A DNA stretch of 64,000 nt. Source: an uncultured delta proteobacterium. GTDB taxonomy: Bacteria > Myxococcota > Kuafuiibacteriia > Kuafuiibacteriales > Kuafuiibacteriaceae. Made by a program: the position numbers and the translations under genes. Where the stretch lies: NCBI GenBank assembly GCA_963803435.1, contig CAWDML010000001.1, positions 608,001 to 672,000 of the forward strand. Reading direction: 5' to 3'. Numbering within the stretch: the first letter of the stretch is position 1; each line of letters begins with the position of its first letter. The notes below the pieces were generated by a model, which saw only the letters and a list, made by a program, of their open reading frames with translations, did not search any database and was not told the origin of the DNA. Positions 30,376 to 40,730 of the stretch are shown in pieces.

Positions 30376-32320
30376 GTGGGTCTCCCGATCCTCCGCGATC
30401 CGCCCGTTCTCCCGGCGCCCTTCGGCGGGCTCGCGCTCGACCCGTCACGCGGTCTCCGAGGTCCGCTCCCGATGTCCCGAGCCGACGTCTCGGCGCGGGG
30501 CTGGGACGCGGTGGACATCGTGTTCGTGACCGGCGACGCCTACGTCGATCATCCCAGCTTCGCGATGGCGCTGCTGGGACGGCTGCTCGAGGCCGCCGGC
30601 TTTCGCGTGGCCATCCTGAGCCAGCCCGACTGGCGCTCGTGCGCGCCCTGGCGCACGTTCGGGCCGCCGCGCCTGTTCTTCGGCGTCAGCGCCGGGAACA
30701 TGGACTCGATGATCAACCACTACACCGCCAACAAGAAGGTACGGAGCGACGACGCCTACAGCCCCGGCGGCAGCATCGGGCGGCGTCCGGATCGCGCCAC
30801 CCTCGCCTACTGCCAGCGGGCGCGCGAAGCGTATCCGGGCGTGCCGATCGTCGCGGGGGGCGTCGAGGCCAGCCTGCGGCGGATCGCGCACTACGACTAC
30901 TGGAGCGACAAGGTCCGCCGCTCGATCCTGATGGACGCCAAGCCCGATCTCCTGGCGTTCGGGATGGGCGAGCGATCGATCCTCGAGATCGCACGCCGCG
31001 CTGGCGGCCGGCGAGAGCGTACGGTCGCTCTTGGATCTCCGCGGCGTCGCGTATCGATTGGGCGCCCGCGAGACGCCTCCGGCCGAGGACACGGTCGTGC
31101 TCCCGAGCCACGAGGAGGTGACGGCGGACCGCTTCGCGTTCTGCCGGATGACCAAGCTCGCGCATCACGAGACGAACCCGATGAACGCGCGGCGACTGGT
31201 GCAGCGGCACGGGCGCGAGACGGTGGTGGTGAACCCGCCGGCGATCCCGCTCTCCGAGCCGGAGATGGATCTGGTCTACGGGCTCGCCGTACACGCGCCG
31301 CCCCCACCCGAGCTACGGCAAGAGCCGCATCCCCGCGTTCGACGTGGTGAAGGACTCTGTCCAGATCATGCGCGGCTGCTTCGGTGGCTGCACGTTCTGC
31401 TCGATCACCGCACACGAGGGCCGGATCATCCAGAGCCGAAGCCAGCGCTCGGTGCTCGCGGAGATCGAGCGAATGACGCAGGATCCCGGCTTCGCGGGCG
31501 TGGTCAGCGACATCGGCGGGCCGACCGCCAACATGTATCAGATGCGCTGCACGCGATCCGGAGGTGGAGGCGAAGTGCCGCCGGCTCTCCTGCGTCCATC
31601 CCAAGGTGTGCAAGCTCCTGGGCACGGACCACGGGCCGCTGGTCTCGCTGATGCGCGCCTCACGGAAGACGCCCGGGGTGAAGAAGGTGTTCGTCGCCTC
31701 CGGGATCCGCATGGATCTGGCGCGCCGCGATCCGGAGTACATGGACGAGCTGGCGCGCCACCACATCGGCGGGCTGCTGAAGGTGGCGCCCGAGCACACC
31801 GACCGAGCGCGTGCTGAAGCTGATGAAGAAGCCGGGGCCCGAGGACTTCGTCGAGTTCGGAGAGGCCTTCGCGGCCGCCTCGGCGCGCGCCGAGAAGAAG
31901 CAGCACCTGGTGCCGTATTACATCGCGAGCCACCCGGGCAGCGACGTGCGAGCGATGATCGACGTCGCCGTGTTCCTGAAGAGGAACGGCTACCGGCCCG
32001 ATCAAGTCCAGGACTTCATCCCCAGCCCCTTCGATCTGGCGGCCGCCATGTATCACACCGGGCTCGACCCGCTCACGATGAAGCCGGTGACGGTGGCGAA
32101 GAACCTCCGCGATCGGAAGGTGCAGCGGGCGCTGCTCCAGTTCTTCAAGCCCGAGAACTACTTCATGGTGCGGAAGGCGCTGCTGGAGGCGGGCCGGAAG
32201 GATCTGGTCGGCTCGGGGTGCGACTGCCTGATCCCGACGCACCCTCCGCGCGAAGCGCTGGAGGCGAGGCGCCGCGAAGCCGAGCGGCGCGCACCTCACG
32301 GATCGTCGTCGAGGTCGTAG
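30376..32320 (+). CDS. YgiQ family radical SAM protein; four +1 frameshifts (near 31000, 31286, 31554, 31806)
   Basis: [45 protein letters not shown] and QVQDFIP motifs lie in successive frames. Confidence 0.88.
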
Positions 32321-34191
32321 CGATCGTCGCCGCTGTCGTCGACCATCACGCCTCGACCGCGCGCGCTCGAACGACCCGGGCGACCCCCGCGATATCAATC
32401 GTCGCCGGCCCGGTCGTAGTAGAGGCCGACCCCGACCGTCGAGGCGGCACCGACCGACATGCCGGTGAAGCGCGCCTCGTCGCGTCCGTCCAGGTCGAAC
32501 AGAACGCCCAGCCCGTAGTCGTAGCCGGCGCCCAGGCTGTAGCCTTGGCTCACCAGCGAGGCGCCCCGGACGTCGTCGCCTCCGTGATCGATGAGGACGC
32601 CGGCCGCGTAGTGCACGGCGCTCCCCTGGGCGTAGTAGAGGGCGTCGTAGCGATCATCGCCGCCGCCGTCGGAGAGGAGCCCCACGCCCTGCCAGTAGCC
32701 CGTGCCTTGCGCGAAGACGCCGGCGCGGTAGCTGTCGTCGCCCTCGCGATCGCGCAGGACGCCGAGGCCGCCGGACATCGCCACGATCGGATCGTCGCTC
32801 CTGAGGCCGTAGCCCGCACCCTGGCACAGACTGGTATTGGCGTGCCCCGGCAGCTGGGCCGAGCGGTACAGCTCCCCGGTGGCGCCGTCGTCGCAGGTCC
32901 AGGCGTCCGCACCGCTCGCGTCGAAGGCCAGGCCGACCCCGCCGGCGAACCCGAAGCCCTGCGACGCGTAGACGGAGCGATACCGATCGCTGCCGGCGAG
33001 ATCGATCATGAGCCCGATCCCGAACTGAGCGGCGCCCTGTGAGACCGCCTCCGCCTCGTAGAGGTCGTCGCCCTCGCGGTCGAACAAGACGCCCACGCCC
33101 TGCTGCGCGTAGCCCTGGCTCCCGCGCAGCGAGCGGTAGACGTCGTCGCCGGCTTCGTCGAAGAGCATCGCGACGCCGTTGCGCGCCGCACCCTGCCGGA
33201 ACGCGTTCGAGAGGCTGATCGGGCCGAAGCGCTCGTCCCCCTCGAAGCGGCGCGCGTCACCGTCGAAGCCGTAGTCGTCGTCGCCGGCCAGGTCGATCGT
33301 CACGCTGACCGCGTTCGCGCCCGAGAGGTTGCTGGCGACCTCGTCGCGATGGACGTCGTCACCGCCGAGGTCGACGAGCAGAAGCGTCGGCTCGCTCTCC
33401 TGGTAGCGGTCCGGCGCGCCATCGCGCACTCGGATGACACCCGCGGCCGTCTCGAGATCGAAGCGAATGCTCATGCGCCCCACGAACGGGCTCCAGTCCA
33501 CCGACTCCACCGCATACGCGATCCGGGCGGCCGCGCCGTACAAGCGGGCACGCCCGCCGACCAGATACGCACGATCGACCGCCCGCGCCGGATCGTAGCC
33601 CTCTGCGTCCGGGTCGAAGATCAAGCCGTTCCCCGGGTACCTTCGCCACCACTCCGCGCCCCGCCCCCCGTCATCCTGGCTTGCATCGCGCTCGCCCCGC
33701 GCCTCGAGCCCGTCCGCGATCGCCCACAGCACCGGCGCCATGGCCGCGGCCAGATCGTCCGGCAGCGCGCCCTTCGCCTCACCGCAGTCCGTCCTCTCGC
33801 ACACGGCCGCCAGCGCCGGTTCGATCGCCACCGCCTCAAACGGCAACACCTCCACCGGCTCCCCGGCCAGCGCCGCCGCCCGCACGATCGCCGACGCGAC
33901 CGGATGCGCGGACGCGCCGATCGCGTCGAACACCTCCGCCGCCCCCGCCTCGAAGCACCGCGCCGCCTCCGGAGCCGCCCGCAGCGCCGCCAGCGACTCG
34001 GGCTGGAACGCGTCGTCGAGCAGCCCGGCCTCGTCGGCTCGCGATCCCGCCGTCGACAGCGCGAGGTCTCCCAGGCCCACGATCGGCGCGCACTCGGGGA
34101 TCTCGACGGCATCCCAGGCGTCGAAGGTGGTGGGCGGCGGATCCAGCGGGCCGCAGGCGACCATACACAGGACCGGCCAGAGCGCGCGCAT
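32296..34191 (-). CDS. Lipoprotein with about 12 G-x-G-x-L-x-D-x-x-G-D-D-x-Y repeats; in-frame TGA at 32395-32397
   Basis: MVAC lipobox. Reading past the TGA gives GDD*Y then [12 protein letters not shown], so the repeat continues to a stop at 32296-32298. Confidence 0.75.
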
Positions 34192-34239
34192 CCGAAAGGG
34201 GGAGTCGGCCGAAACAGCGTGCGCCTTAGCGGAGTCGAT

Positions 34240-34294
34240 ATGGTCACGGAAACGGAACACGGCGACGGGACACGAAACACGAAACACGGACCAT
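34240..34294. repeat. Short intergenic ACG-periodic repeat flanked by a 6-bp inverted repeat
   Basis: ATGGTC ... GACCAT encloses seven ACG-cored units, including ACACGAA-ACACGAA-ACACGGA. Confidence 0.55.
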
Positions 34295-34355
34295 CGGATA
34301 ACGCGACCTCACTCCACTGGAGCCGCGGCCGTGTCGGACGAAGACAGCGACCGTG

Positions 34356-36209
34356 TCAGCCGGGGTCCCGGCCCGCGACCACGATGGCGAGCGATCCGAT
34401 GATCGCGCCGACGGCCCCGCCGGCGAAGCCGAAGTACGCCAGCCCGGTCGCGAGCAGCGCCGGGAGGATCGCGAGGATCACCGTGCGGAGCTGGGTGGAG
34501 CGGTGGATGCGGCGCGCGCCCTGGTAGGCCTTGCCGACGTTCGTGATCGCGGGGTCGAAGAGCCGGGGGGAGGCGCCCTCGGGCAGCGGGACGTCGATGC
34601 CGAGCGGCATCACGCGGAGGCGCAGGCCGTCGCTCGGGGGCTCGGAGGCGACCGCCAGCAGCGTGGCGTCGCGCTTGGCGAGCGGGGGGCCGTCGCACTC
34701 GATCTCGGCGGCCTTGGCGAGGAGCTTGCGCGTCGAGTCGGAGAGGCCCGGCATCACGGTGGCGCCGAGCTCCCGGGCGGCCGTCTTCGCCTCGGAGCGG
34801 GCGCCCAGGCCAATGCCGATCGCCCCCAGCACGCCCTCCTCCGGGTGGGCGATCAGGAGCGTGATCAGCTCCTTGTCGCGGAGGAAGTCGATCGGTCCGC
34901 TCATCGGCTCGTCGATGAGGATCTTCTCCGTCTCCTCGAGCGATTGCTGCGGTCCGAGGAGGTAGCGCTTGCCGTCGACCGTGCCGCGGAAGACGCCGCC
35001 GTTTCTGGAGAGGGCGGCGCCCTGCACGCGGGGGAGCTTCTTCTGGGCCAGGGTGGCGTTCACCGAGATCAGCTCGGGCGCGGCCGCGCCGTCGCTCTCC
35101 AGCAGCGCGCCGGCGATCTGGAGCAGCGCGTCGGGCGGCGTATCCGCGAGCGCCACCGCCTCCACCTCCCCCGGCCCGGCGAGGAGCGCCGGATCGATCT
35201 GCCAGCGCCGTACGCGCGCCAGCGCGGTCACGTCCTTCGCGCGGGCGAAGGACAAGCCGTGCGCCAGCGCGTGGGACAACACCGCGGCCCGCCCGCGCAT
35301 CAGCGCCAGCGAGGGCGCCGCCGCCACGCCGCCCAGCAGGATCGCGAGGACTGGCGGGACCCAGGCCTCGATCGTGGAGAGATCGGTGGTCAACAGCACG
35401 AGCGCGATCCCCGCAGCGTCGAGCAGCAGAACCACCGCCGCCCAGACCCGCCCGCTTCGCGCCGTCGCGATCAGCTCGCGCGCCACCTGTTGGGCGAGCG
35501 CCTGGTTCCGCACCACGAACGCCTCGTCCCGCGGCGCGCCCACCTCGAGCGCCAGGTCGGGGATCGAGCTGTGCGTCCCGGCGAACAGCGGATCGCCGAC
35601 CTTCTTCGGCGTGGGCAGGCTGGGCCCCAGGATCAGCGACTCGTCGACAAACCCGCTCCCGGCAGCGACTCGGCCGTCGATCGGCAGGTCCTCGCCCGTG
35701 CCCAGCTCGATCACATCGCCCTTCACCAGCGAGGCGACCGGCACCTCGGGGAGCTTCTTCACGTTCTCGCGGCGGAGCCTCACCTTCTTCTGCTTCTTGG
35801 GCAGCTCGACGAACGGGAGCCGCGCGACCACGTGGGCGCGCACGAACCGGATCGCGGACACCACCAGCGCGAAGCCGCCGGCGCACTCCAGCCCGGCCGG
35901 CACCAGCTGATCGCGGACGGCCGGCTCCATCAGCCCGAAGATCGGCATGAAGAGGCCGACCAGCGCCACCGCGGGCAGCAGCCCCAGATCGATCCAGAAG
36001 TCCTTCTTGGGACGGGAGATGAACGCCGAGAGCACGGCGGCCACCACCACGGCCAGCGCGCCCCAGGCGATCTCGGAGCTCAGCCGTGGGTGCGCGCGCG
36101 ACGGCTCGGGGAAGAAGCGCAGGCCGACGCCGGCGGCGAGCGCGAACAGGCCGATGACGACACCGAAGGAGGCGCGGATGCGCCCCAGCTCACGTTGTGC
36201 TTTGGACAC
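34356..36209 (-). CDS. Degenerate P1B-type ATPase-like membrane protein
   Basis: Actuator domain GDVI..GEDLPIDG..VDES..GDPLFAGT is recognisable; DKTGT, CPC and GDGxND are absent. Confidence 0.75.
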   Translation of the reverse strand: MSKAQRELGRIRASFGVVIGLFALAAGVGLRFFPEPSRAHPRLSSEIAWGALAVVVAAVLSAFISRPKKDFWIDLGLLPAVALVGLFMPIFGLMEPAVRDQLVPAGLECAGGFALVVSAIRFVRAHVVARLPFVELPKKQKKVRLRRENVKKLPEVPVASLVKGDVIELGTGEDLPIDGRVAAGSGFVDESLILGPSLPTPKKVGDPLFAGTHSSIPDLALEVGAPRDEAFVVRNQALAQQVARELIATARSGRVWAAVVLLLDAAGIALVLLTTDLSTIEAWVPPVLAILLGGVAAAPSLALMRGRAAVLSHALAHGLSFARAKDVTALARVRRWQIDPALLAGPGEVEAVALADTPPDALLQIAGALLESDGAAAPELISVNATLAQKKLPRVQGAALSRNGGVFRGTVDGKRYLLGPQQSLEETEKILIDEPMSGPIDFLRDKELITLLIAHPEEGVLGAIGIGLGARSEAKTAARELGATVMPGLSDSTRKLLAKAAEIECDGPPLAKRDATLLAVASEPPSDGLRLRVMPLGIDVPLPEGASPRLFDPAITNVGKAYQGARRIHRSTQLRTVILAILPALLATGLAYFGFAGGAVGAIIGSLAIVVAGRDPG

Positions 36210-36212
36210 GGA

Positions 36213-37268
36213 CTACGGCCGAACCGCGAGCGCCCAGGGCGAGATGTCGTCGAGATGGATCGACTTCGCCTTCTGGAAGGGATCGAGCGAGACCACCGTC
36301 ACCGCGCCGCCGGTGCCATCGATGGTCTGGGCGAGATAGGCGAAGCGGCCGTCCGTCGAGATTGAGACGCCGGTATGGGCACCACCGAGCTCGAGCGTGC
36401 CCGCGACGCGCTTCGACTTCATGTCGATCGAGAGCAGCGTCTTGCCCGCGTCCACGTACATCGTCCCGCCGTCCGGTGAGAACGCCAGGCCGCGCAGCGA
36501 CATCGGCTGTCCCAACATGATCGGCGCGGCCTCGCCCGACGCGAGATCGATCTCCAGGATGCGCGAGCCCTCGGCCTCGATCGGCAGGTACGCCTTGCCG
36601 CCGTGGACGCAGGATCCCTCCCGCACCCGGGCGCCGAACTTCGACACCTGGCCGAGCAGCGGGTCGATCAGCGTGCCCTCCGACGACAGCGGCTGGCGCG
36701 GCGCGATCTTCCGGACGTCCCCCTTCTCGAGGACCACGACCCCGTAGCGATCACCGATGGGCGGATACGCATAGAGCACCCGCTGGCCGATCTCCTCGTC
36801 GCTCACCACGGTCCGCTTGGCCACGTCGATCGTCACCAGGTGGAAGGGGAGGATCTCGCGCGTCTCGTCGGGATTCACGATCACCTGGTGCTCGAGCACG
36901 TAGAGGCGCGCTCCGTCCTCCGACATCTCGACGTTGCGCGCCGGATGCTCGGTGAGCTTGCCCGTCAACTCCTGCGTGCGGGTGTCGACCTCGCGAACGC
37001 CGTCGCTCGCCGCCAGGTAGGCCCTGCCTGCGTCACGGCTGAACACGATCGTGCTCACCGCGTGCTGGAAGTCGACGTTCTTGACCACGCGCCCGGCCGC
37101 CGCATCGACGATCCGGAGGTGCGCGGAGGCCGCGTAGACCACGTCGTTCGGCGCGAGCGCGGCGCTCGCCGTCACGGGGGCGCGCGTCGACGCGACCGAC
37201 TCCGACGACTCCTTGTTCGACTTGCACGCGACGAGCGCCAACCCGAGAAGCCAGACTGTCCTCTTCAT
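36213..37268 (-). CDS. YVTN/QhpB-like beta-propeller lipoprotein
   Basis: LVAC lipobox; blades FSRDAGRAYL, SEDGARLYV, FSPDGGTMYV, ISTDGRFAYL. Confidence 0.82.
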   Translation of the reverse strand: MKRTVWLLGLALVACKSNKESSESVASTRAPVTASAALAPNDVVYAASAHLRIVDAAAGRVVKNVDFQHAVSTIVFSRDAGRAYLAASDGVREVDTRTQELTGKLTEHPARNVEMSEDGARLYVLEHQVIVNPDETREILPFHLVTIDVAKRTVVSDEEIGQRVLYAYPPIGDRYGVVVLEKGDVRKIAPRQPLSSEGTLIDPLLGQVSKFGARVREGSCVHGGKAYLPIEAEGSRILEIDLASGEAAPIMLGQPMSLRGLAFSPDGGTMYVDAGKTLLSIDMKSKRVAGTLELGGAHTGVSISTDGRFAYLAQTIDGTGGAVTVVSLDPFQKAKSIHLDDISPWALAVRP

Positions 37269-37281
37269 CCGTCGCCTCCTA

Positions 37282-38763
37282 TCACTGCCCCTGCGGCTGG
37301 TTGCACGCCGAGCGCGGTCCGTGGAGCCGCCCCAGCATCTCGGGTGCCTCTTCGCTCATACGCGCGTAGGTGTACAGCCCGAGGCGATACCAATCCCGGA
37401 GGAAGTCGCAGAAGAAATCACCGATCGTCCAAGGCGCGGGCTGCTCTTCGCCCGCGCGGTCGCCCGTATGCAGCCACGCGATGTGGTGGCAGCCGCCGCC
37501 GCAGAGGTAACGCGCCCAGCACTCCTGGCAGGGCTCGCGCGTCCGCGGGTGGATCGACTTCAGGAGCTCGAAGCGGAGCGCGTCGTCCACGCCGGTGGCG
37601 AGGTTCCCCACGCGGAACTGCTCCTTCCCCACCAGGCGGTGGCAGGCGTACAGGTCACCCTTGTTGTCGGCGGCCACCAGCTTGGTGGCGGCGCCGCAGG
37701 GAACTCCGCGGGCATCACCGGCCGCGATCTGCTCGACCAGCGTGCGCACGTTGGAGAACGGGAACACCTTGCCCTGCTTGGCGTAGGCGACGAAGTCGTC
37801 GCAGAGCTCGCGGAGCCCGCGCAAGAGAACCTGCAGATCATCTCGGTCCAGATCGAAGCGGGCGTTGCCGCTGGCCACAGGGGAGACGCCGACCTCGGCG
37901 AAGCCGGCCTCGATGAGGTGCCGGACGATCCGGGCCACGTCGAGGCACTTCCGCGTCAACGTCACCCGCGCGGCCGCCCGGACTCCGCTGGTCTTCACCG
38001 CCTCCAGGATCGTCTCGTAGCTGTTGCGTCCGTCCTGGAGCGGGCGCAGCCGATCGTTCACGTCGGGCGGCCCGTCGATGCTGACCGTCATGCTGAAGCG
38101 CTCGCGCTCGAAGAACTCGGTCAGCTCCCGGGTGAGCAGGGTGGCGTTGGTGGTGAGGCCGAACGAGATGCGCCGGCCCTCCTTCTCCGCCCGCGCCTTC
38201 GCGTAGCTGTGCGCAGCGTAGACCACCGGCATGTTCATCAGCGGCTCGCCGCCGAAGAAGGTCATCTGGACCCGCTTGGTCGGCCCGAGCTGATCGAAGA
38301 AGCGCTCCGTGTGCTTCACCGCCAGCTCCGGATCCATGTACCCGAAGTCGCCGCCGTAGCGCCCGTAGTCGGCGTAGCAGTAGCCGCAGCGCATGTTGCA
38401 GTCGTGGGAGACGTGGAGCACGAGCGTCGAGAACGGCTCCATGATCAGCGGTTGTCCGTCGCGGGGTGGGTGCGGCCGCTCGAACGGCTGCAGGATGTCG
38501 AGCTGCTCGAACCCGAAGACGGCGTCGTTCGCGCCCGACTCGCCGAGCTGCTCCGCCAGGATCTTCGTCAGCTCGCTCCGCTTCACCCGCTCCGCGCCTG
38601 CGAGCGTGGAGGCGAGGAGCCAGGCGCTCTCGTCGGCCTCGCAGAACGCCGCGTTGTCCACCACGAAGATGAACCGGCGGCCCTCCTCCTCGAAGGGATA
38701 GAACCGATTCACGCGAAGGAGGTCCTTCGGTGAAGCGGGCATCGGGATGAGCTCGGCCGCCAT
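37282..38763 (-). CDS. Radical SAM/SPASM maturase, QhpD/PapB-like thioether-forming clade
   Basis: N-terminal RRE-like domain; CNMRCGYC, FFGGEP, SIDG; SPASM CGAA...ACHR and CQECWARYLCGGGC; QhpD-like tail CDFLRDW. Confidence 0.9.
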   Translation of the reverse strand: MAAELIPMPASPKDLLRVNRFYPFEEEGRRFIFVVDNAAFCEADESAWLLASTLAGAERVKRSELTKILAEQLGESGANDAVFGFEQLDILQPFERPHPPRDGQPLIMEPFSTLVLHVSHDCNMRCGYCYADYGRYGGDFGYMDPELAVKHTERFFDQLGPTKRVQMTFFGGEPLMNMPVVYAAHSYAKARAEKEGRRISFGLTTNATLLTRELTEFFERERFSMTVSIDGPPDVNDRLRPLQDGRNSYETILEAVKTSGVRAAARVTLTRKCLDVARIVRHLIEAGFAEVGVSPVASGNARFDLDRDDLQVLLRGLRELCDDFVAYAKQGKVFPFSNVRTLVEQIAAGDARGVPCGAATKLVAADNKGDLYACHRLVGKEQFRVGNLATGVDDALRFELLKSIHPRTREPCQECWARYLCGGGCHHIAWLHTGDRAGEEQPAPWTIGDFFCDFLRDWYRLGLYTYARMSEEAPEMLGRLHGPRSACNQPQGQ

Positions 38764-38771
38764 AGTCTCTC

Positions 38772-40730
38772 CTAGGGGATGCGGATCCGCGGGTTCCAAT
38801 CGGGAGGCGTGACCAGCAGCGGCACGTTGATCACGTACCCGCCGCCGCTCGCCGTGAGGGTGCTCTGCCCGGTGACCGCGCCGGCGTGCACGTGGCCGTC
38901 CGCGCTGACCGTGGTGCCGGTGATGGGCGTGCCCGTCCACTGCCAGGTGAGCGGGACGGCGTTGGGGACGTCGTCGCCCGCGCCGCCCTCGCGCGCACCG
39001 TTCGGTCCGACGGAGTAGATCGTGGCCGTGAGATAGAGATCGTGCTGGTCGAGCGCGTGATCCGTGCCGGTGGTGACGCGGACGAAGGGCGATACGATCA
39101 GGTTGTTCCGTGTGAAGCCGCGAACGATCACGTAGTCGTCCGTCTGGCGATCGTCGCGGATGCTGAGCGTGACGTTCTCGACCACCCCGCTCCGATTGCA
39201 GCTGGGCGTCGCCACCGCCACCCGCAGGTACCAGGTCCCGACCGGGTTGAACCCCTTGAACACCGACAGGGGTCGATCGGGCCGATTCACCGGGGCACCC
39301 TCGTCGTCGTAGACCTGGTCGATCCCGCCGGAGCCGAGACAGTCGACGCCGCCGGGGACCTCGGCGCCGTCGCCGCACAGCGGGGCCTGCGCCTCGCTGC
39401 CCGGAGACACCAGCTGGAGCTTCAACTCGTCGTTCGGGACATTCGCGCCGCTGTTCACGTTCGTGTACGTGAGCGTGACCCCGACGTCGAGGTCGTCGAT
39501 CATCATCGAGTCCGTCACGGGGATGGGCACCAGGATCGAGGAGACGTCGGTGCTGGTCCCGCACGTGGGCGGGAACGCCATCATGGGATCGACCTCGTAG
39601 GTGTAGCGGTCGGTCACGCGCAGCTCGAACAGGCCGGAGTCGCGGAAGCCCTCCGAGTCCTGGACGCGGAGCGTCAGCGGGAACACGCCAACGTCGGGGC
39701 TGGTACCGAACAGATGACCGGTCGACTCGAACGTGATCCCGGAGGGCAGGTTGCCGGTCGCGGTCCACACGTAAGGCGGCTCGCCGCCCTGGGCGGTCAC
39801 CATCGTGTCGATCGATCGCCCGATGATGATCTGCGGCAGCGCGGTGGTGGTGATCTCGAGCGGCGCGATCACGCGGAGCACCAGATCGACCATGTCCTGG
39901 CGCAGCCCGCTGTCGCTGACGCGGGCGGTGAACGGGAAGTCGCCCGCCTCCTGCGGCAGCCCGGTGAGCGAGCCGTCGTTGGCGAGCTGAAGCCCGGCGG
40001 GCAGCGTCCCGGCCACGTGCTCCCAGGAGTACGGCGGCGTCCCGCCCTCGGCGATCAGGGAGGTGGAGTACGGCTCGCCCTCGCGGGCCTTCGGGATGGT
40101 GGAGGTCTTCACCACCGGGTTCTCCGAGACCACGAAGAGGTGCAGCATCTGGAGCCGCGCCCCGTCCTCGGCATCCGCGACCTTCGCCTGGAAGTCGAAG
40201 CCGCCGGACTCGGACGGCGTCCCCATCACGCGACCGCCGGCGACGATCGAAAGGCCGGACGGCAGCGCACCCGCGTCGAGGGACCACGCGTAGGGCGGCA
40301 CCCCACCCCGCGCCACCAGCGCCTGGTCGTACGGCGTGTTCTCCTTCCCGGAGGGGAGCACGGTCGTGACGATCGAGAGGGGATCCGGGATGACATAGAG
40401 CGTGAGGTCCTGCGCCACGCTCTGATCGCCGGCGTCGGCGACGGTCACCTGGAACGCGGCGCGCCCCGGCTCGGCGGCGATCCCGCTCAGCTGCCCCGTC
40501 TGCGCCTTCAGCTCGATGCCGGTCGGGAGAGCGCCCGAGCTGATCGAGAACGTGTACGGCGGCGTCCCGCCCTTCGCCTCGATCTTTCGGTCGTATGTGG
40601 CGTTGAGCTGCACGTCCGGGAGGGATCGCGTGACGACCTCCAGCTTGTTCGCGCCTTCATCCCCACCGCTGCACGCCGTCGCCAGCCCGAGCACGAAAAC
40701 GAGCGTGAGCTCCTTGCTGAGTCTCTTCAT
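38772..40730 (-). CDS. Lipoprotein with four putative Ig (He_PIG-type) repeats and a proprotein-convertase P-like domain
   Basis: ATAC lipobox; four GGxPPY-x-W/F...LPxG repeats; DLDVGVTL...LQLVSPG...GTWYLRV. Confidence 0.85.
   Translation of the reverse strand: MKRLSKELTLVFVLGLATACSGGDEGANKLEVVTRSLPDVQLNATYDRKIEAKGGTPPYTFSISSGALPTGIELKAQTGQLSGIAAEPGRAAFQVTVADAGDQSVAQDLTLYVIPDPLSIVTTVLPSGKENTPYDQALVARGGVPPYAWSLDAGALPSGLSIVAGGRVMGTPSESGGFDFQAKVADAEDGARLQMLHLFVVSENPVVKTSTIPKAREGEPYSTSLIAEGGTPPYSWEHVAGTLPAGLQLANDGSLTGLPQEAGDFPFTARVSDSGLRQDMVDLVLRVIAPLEITTTALPQIIIGRSIDTMVTAQGGEPPYVWTATGNLPSGITFESTGHLFGTSPDVGVFPLTLRVQDSEGFRDSGLFELRVTDRYTYEVDPMMAFPPTCGTSTDVSSILVPIPVTDSMMIDDLDVGVTLTYTNVNSGANVPNDELKLQLVSPGSEAQAPLCGDGAEVPGGVDCLGSGGIDQVYDDEGAPVNRPDRPLSVFKGFNPVGTWYLRVAVATPSCNRSGVVENVTLSIRDDRQTDDYVIVRGFTRNNLIVSPFVRVTTGTDHALDQHDLYLTATIYSVGPNGAREGGAGDDVPNAVPLTWQWTGTPITGTTVSADGHVHAGAVTGQSTLTASGGGYVINVPLLVTPPDWNPRIRIP

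Noticed and set aside
30376-32320. Programmed frameshifting or true pseudogenisation of the YgiQ-family gene
   Set aside because: Four single-base +1 shifts with no slippery sites and otherwise intact motifs match the window-wide error pattern. It cannot be fully excluded without reads.
34244-34294. 16-aa minus-strand ORF (MVRVSCFVSRRRVPFP) as the rSAM precursor peptide
   Set aside because: It is just the translation of the repeat element; one Cys, no Asp/Glu acceptor and no leader.
37269-37281. QhpC-like gamma-subunit gene between the rSAM and propeller genes
   Set aside because: Only 13 nt are available, and I found no DPCWW-like motif anywhere in the window.
38764-40287. N-terminal 500-aa extension of the radical SAM ORF (1001 aa)
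   Set aside because: It is an alternate frame of the Ig-repeat gene; the real start is ATG 38763 with an RBS.
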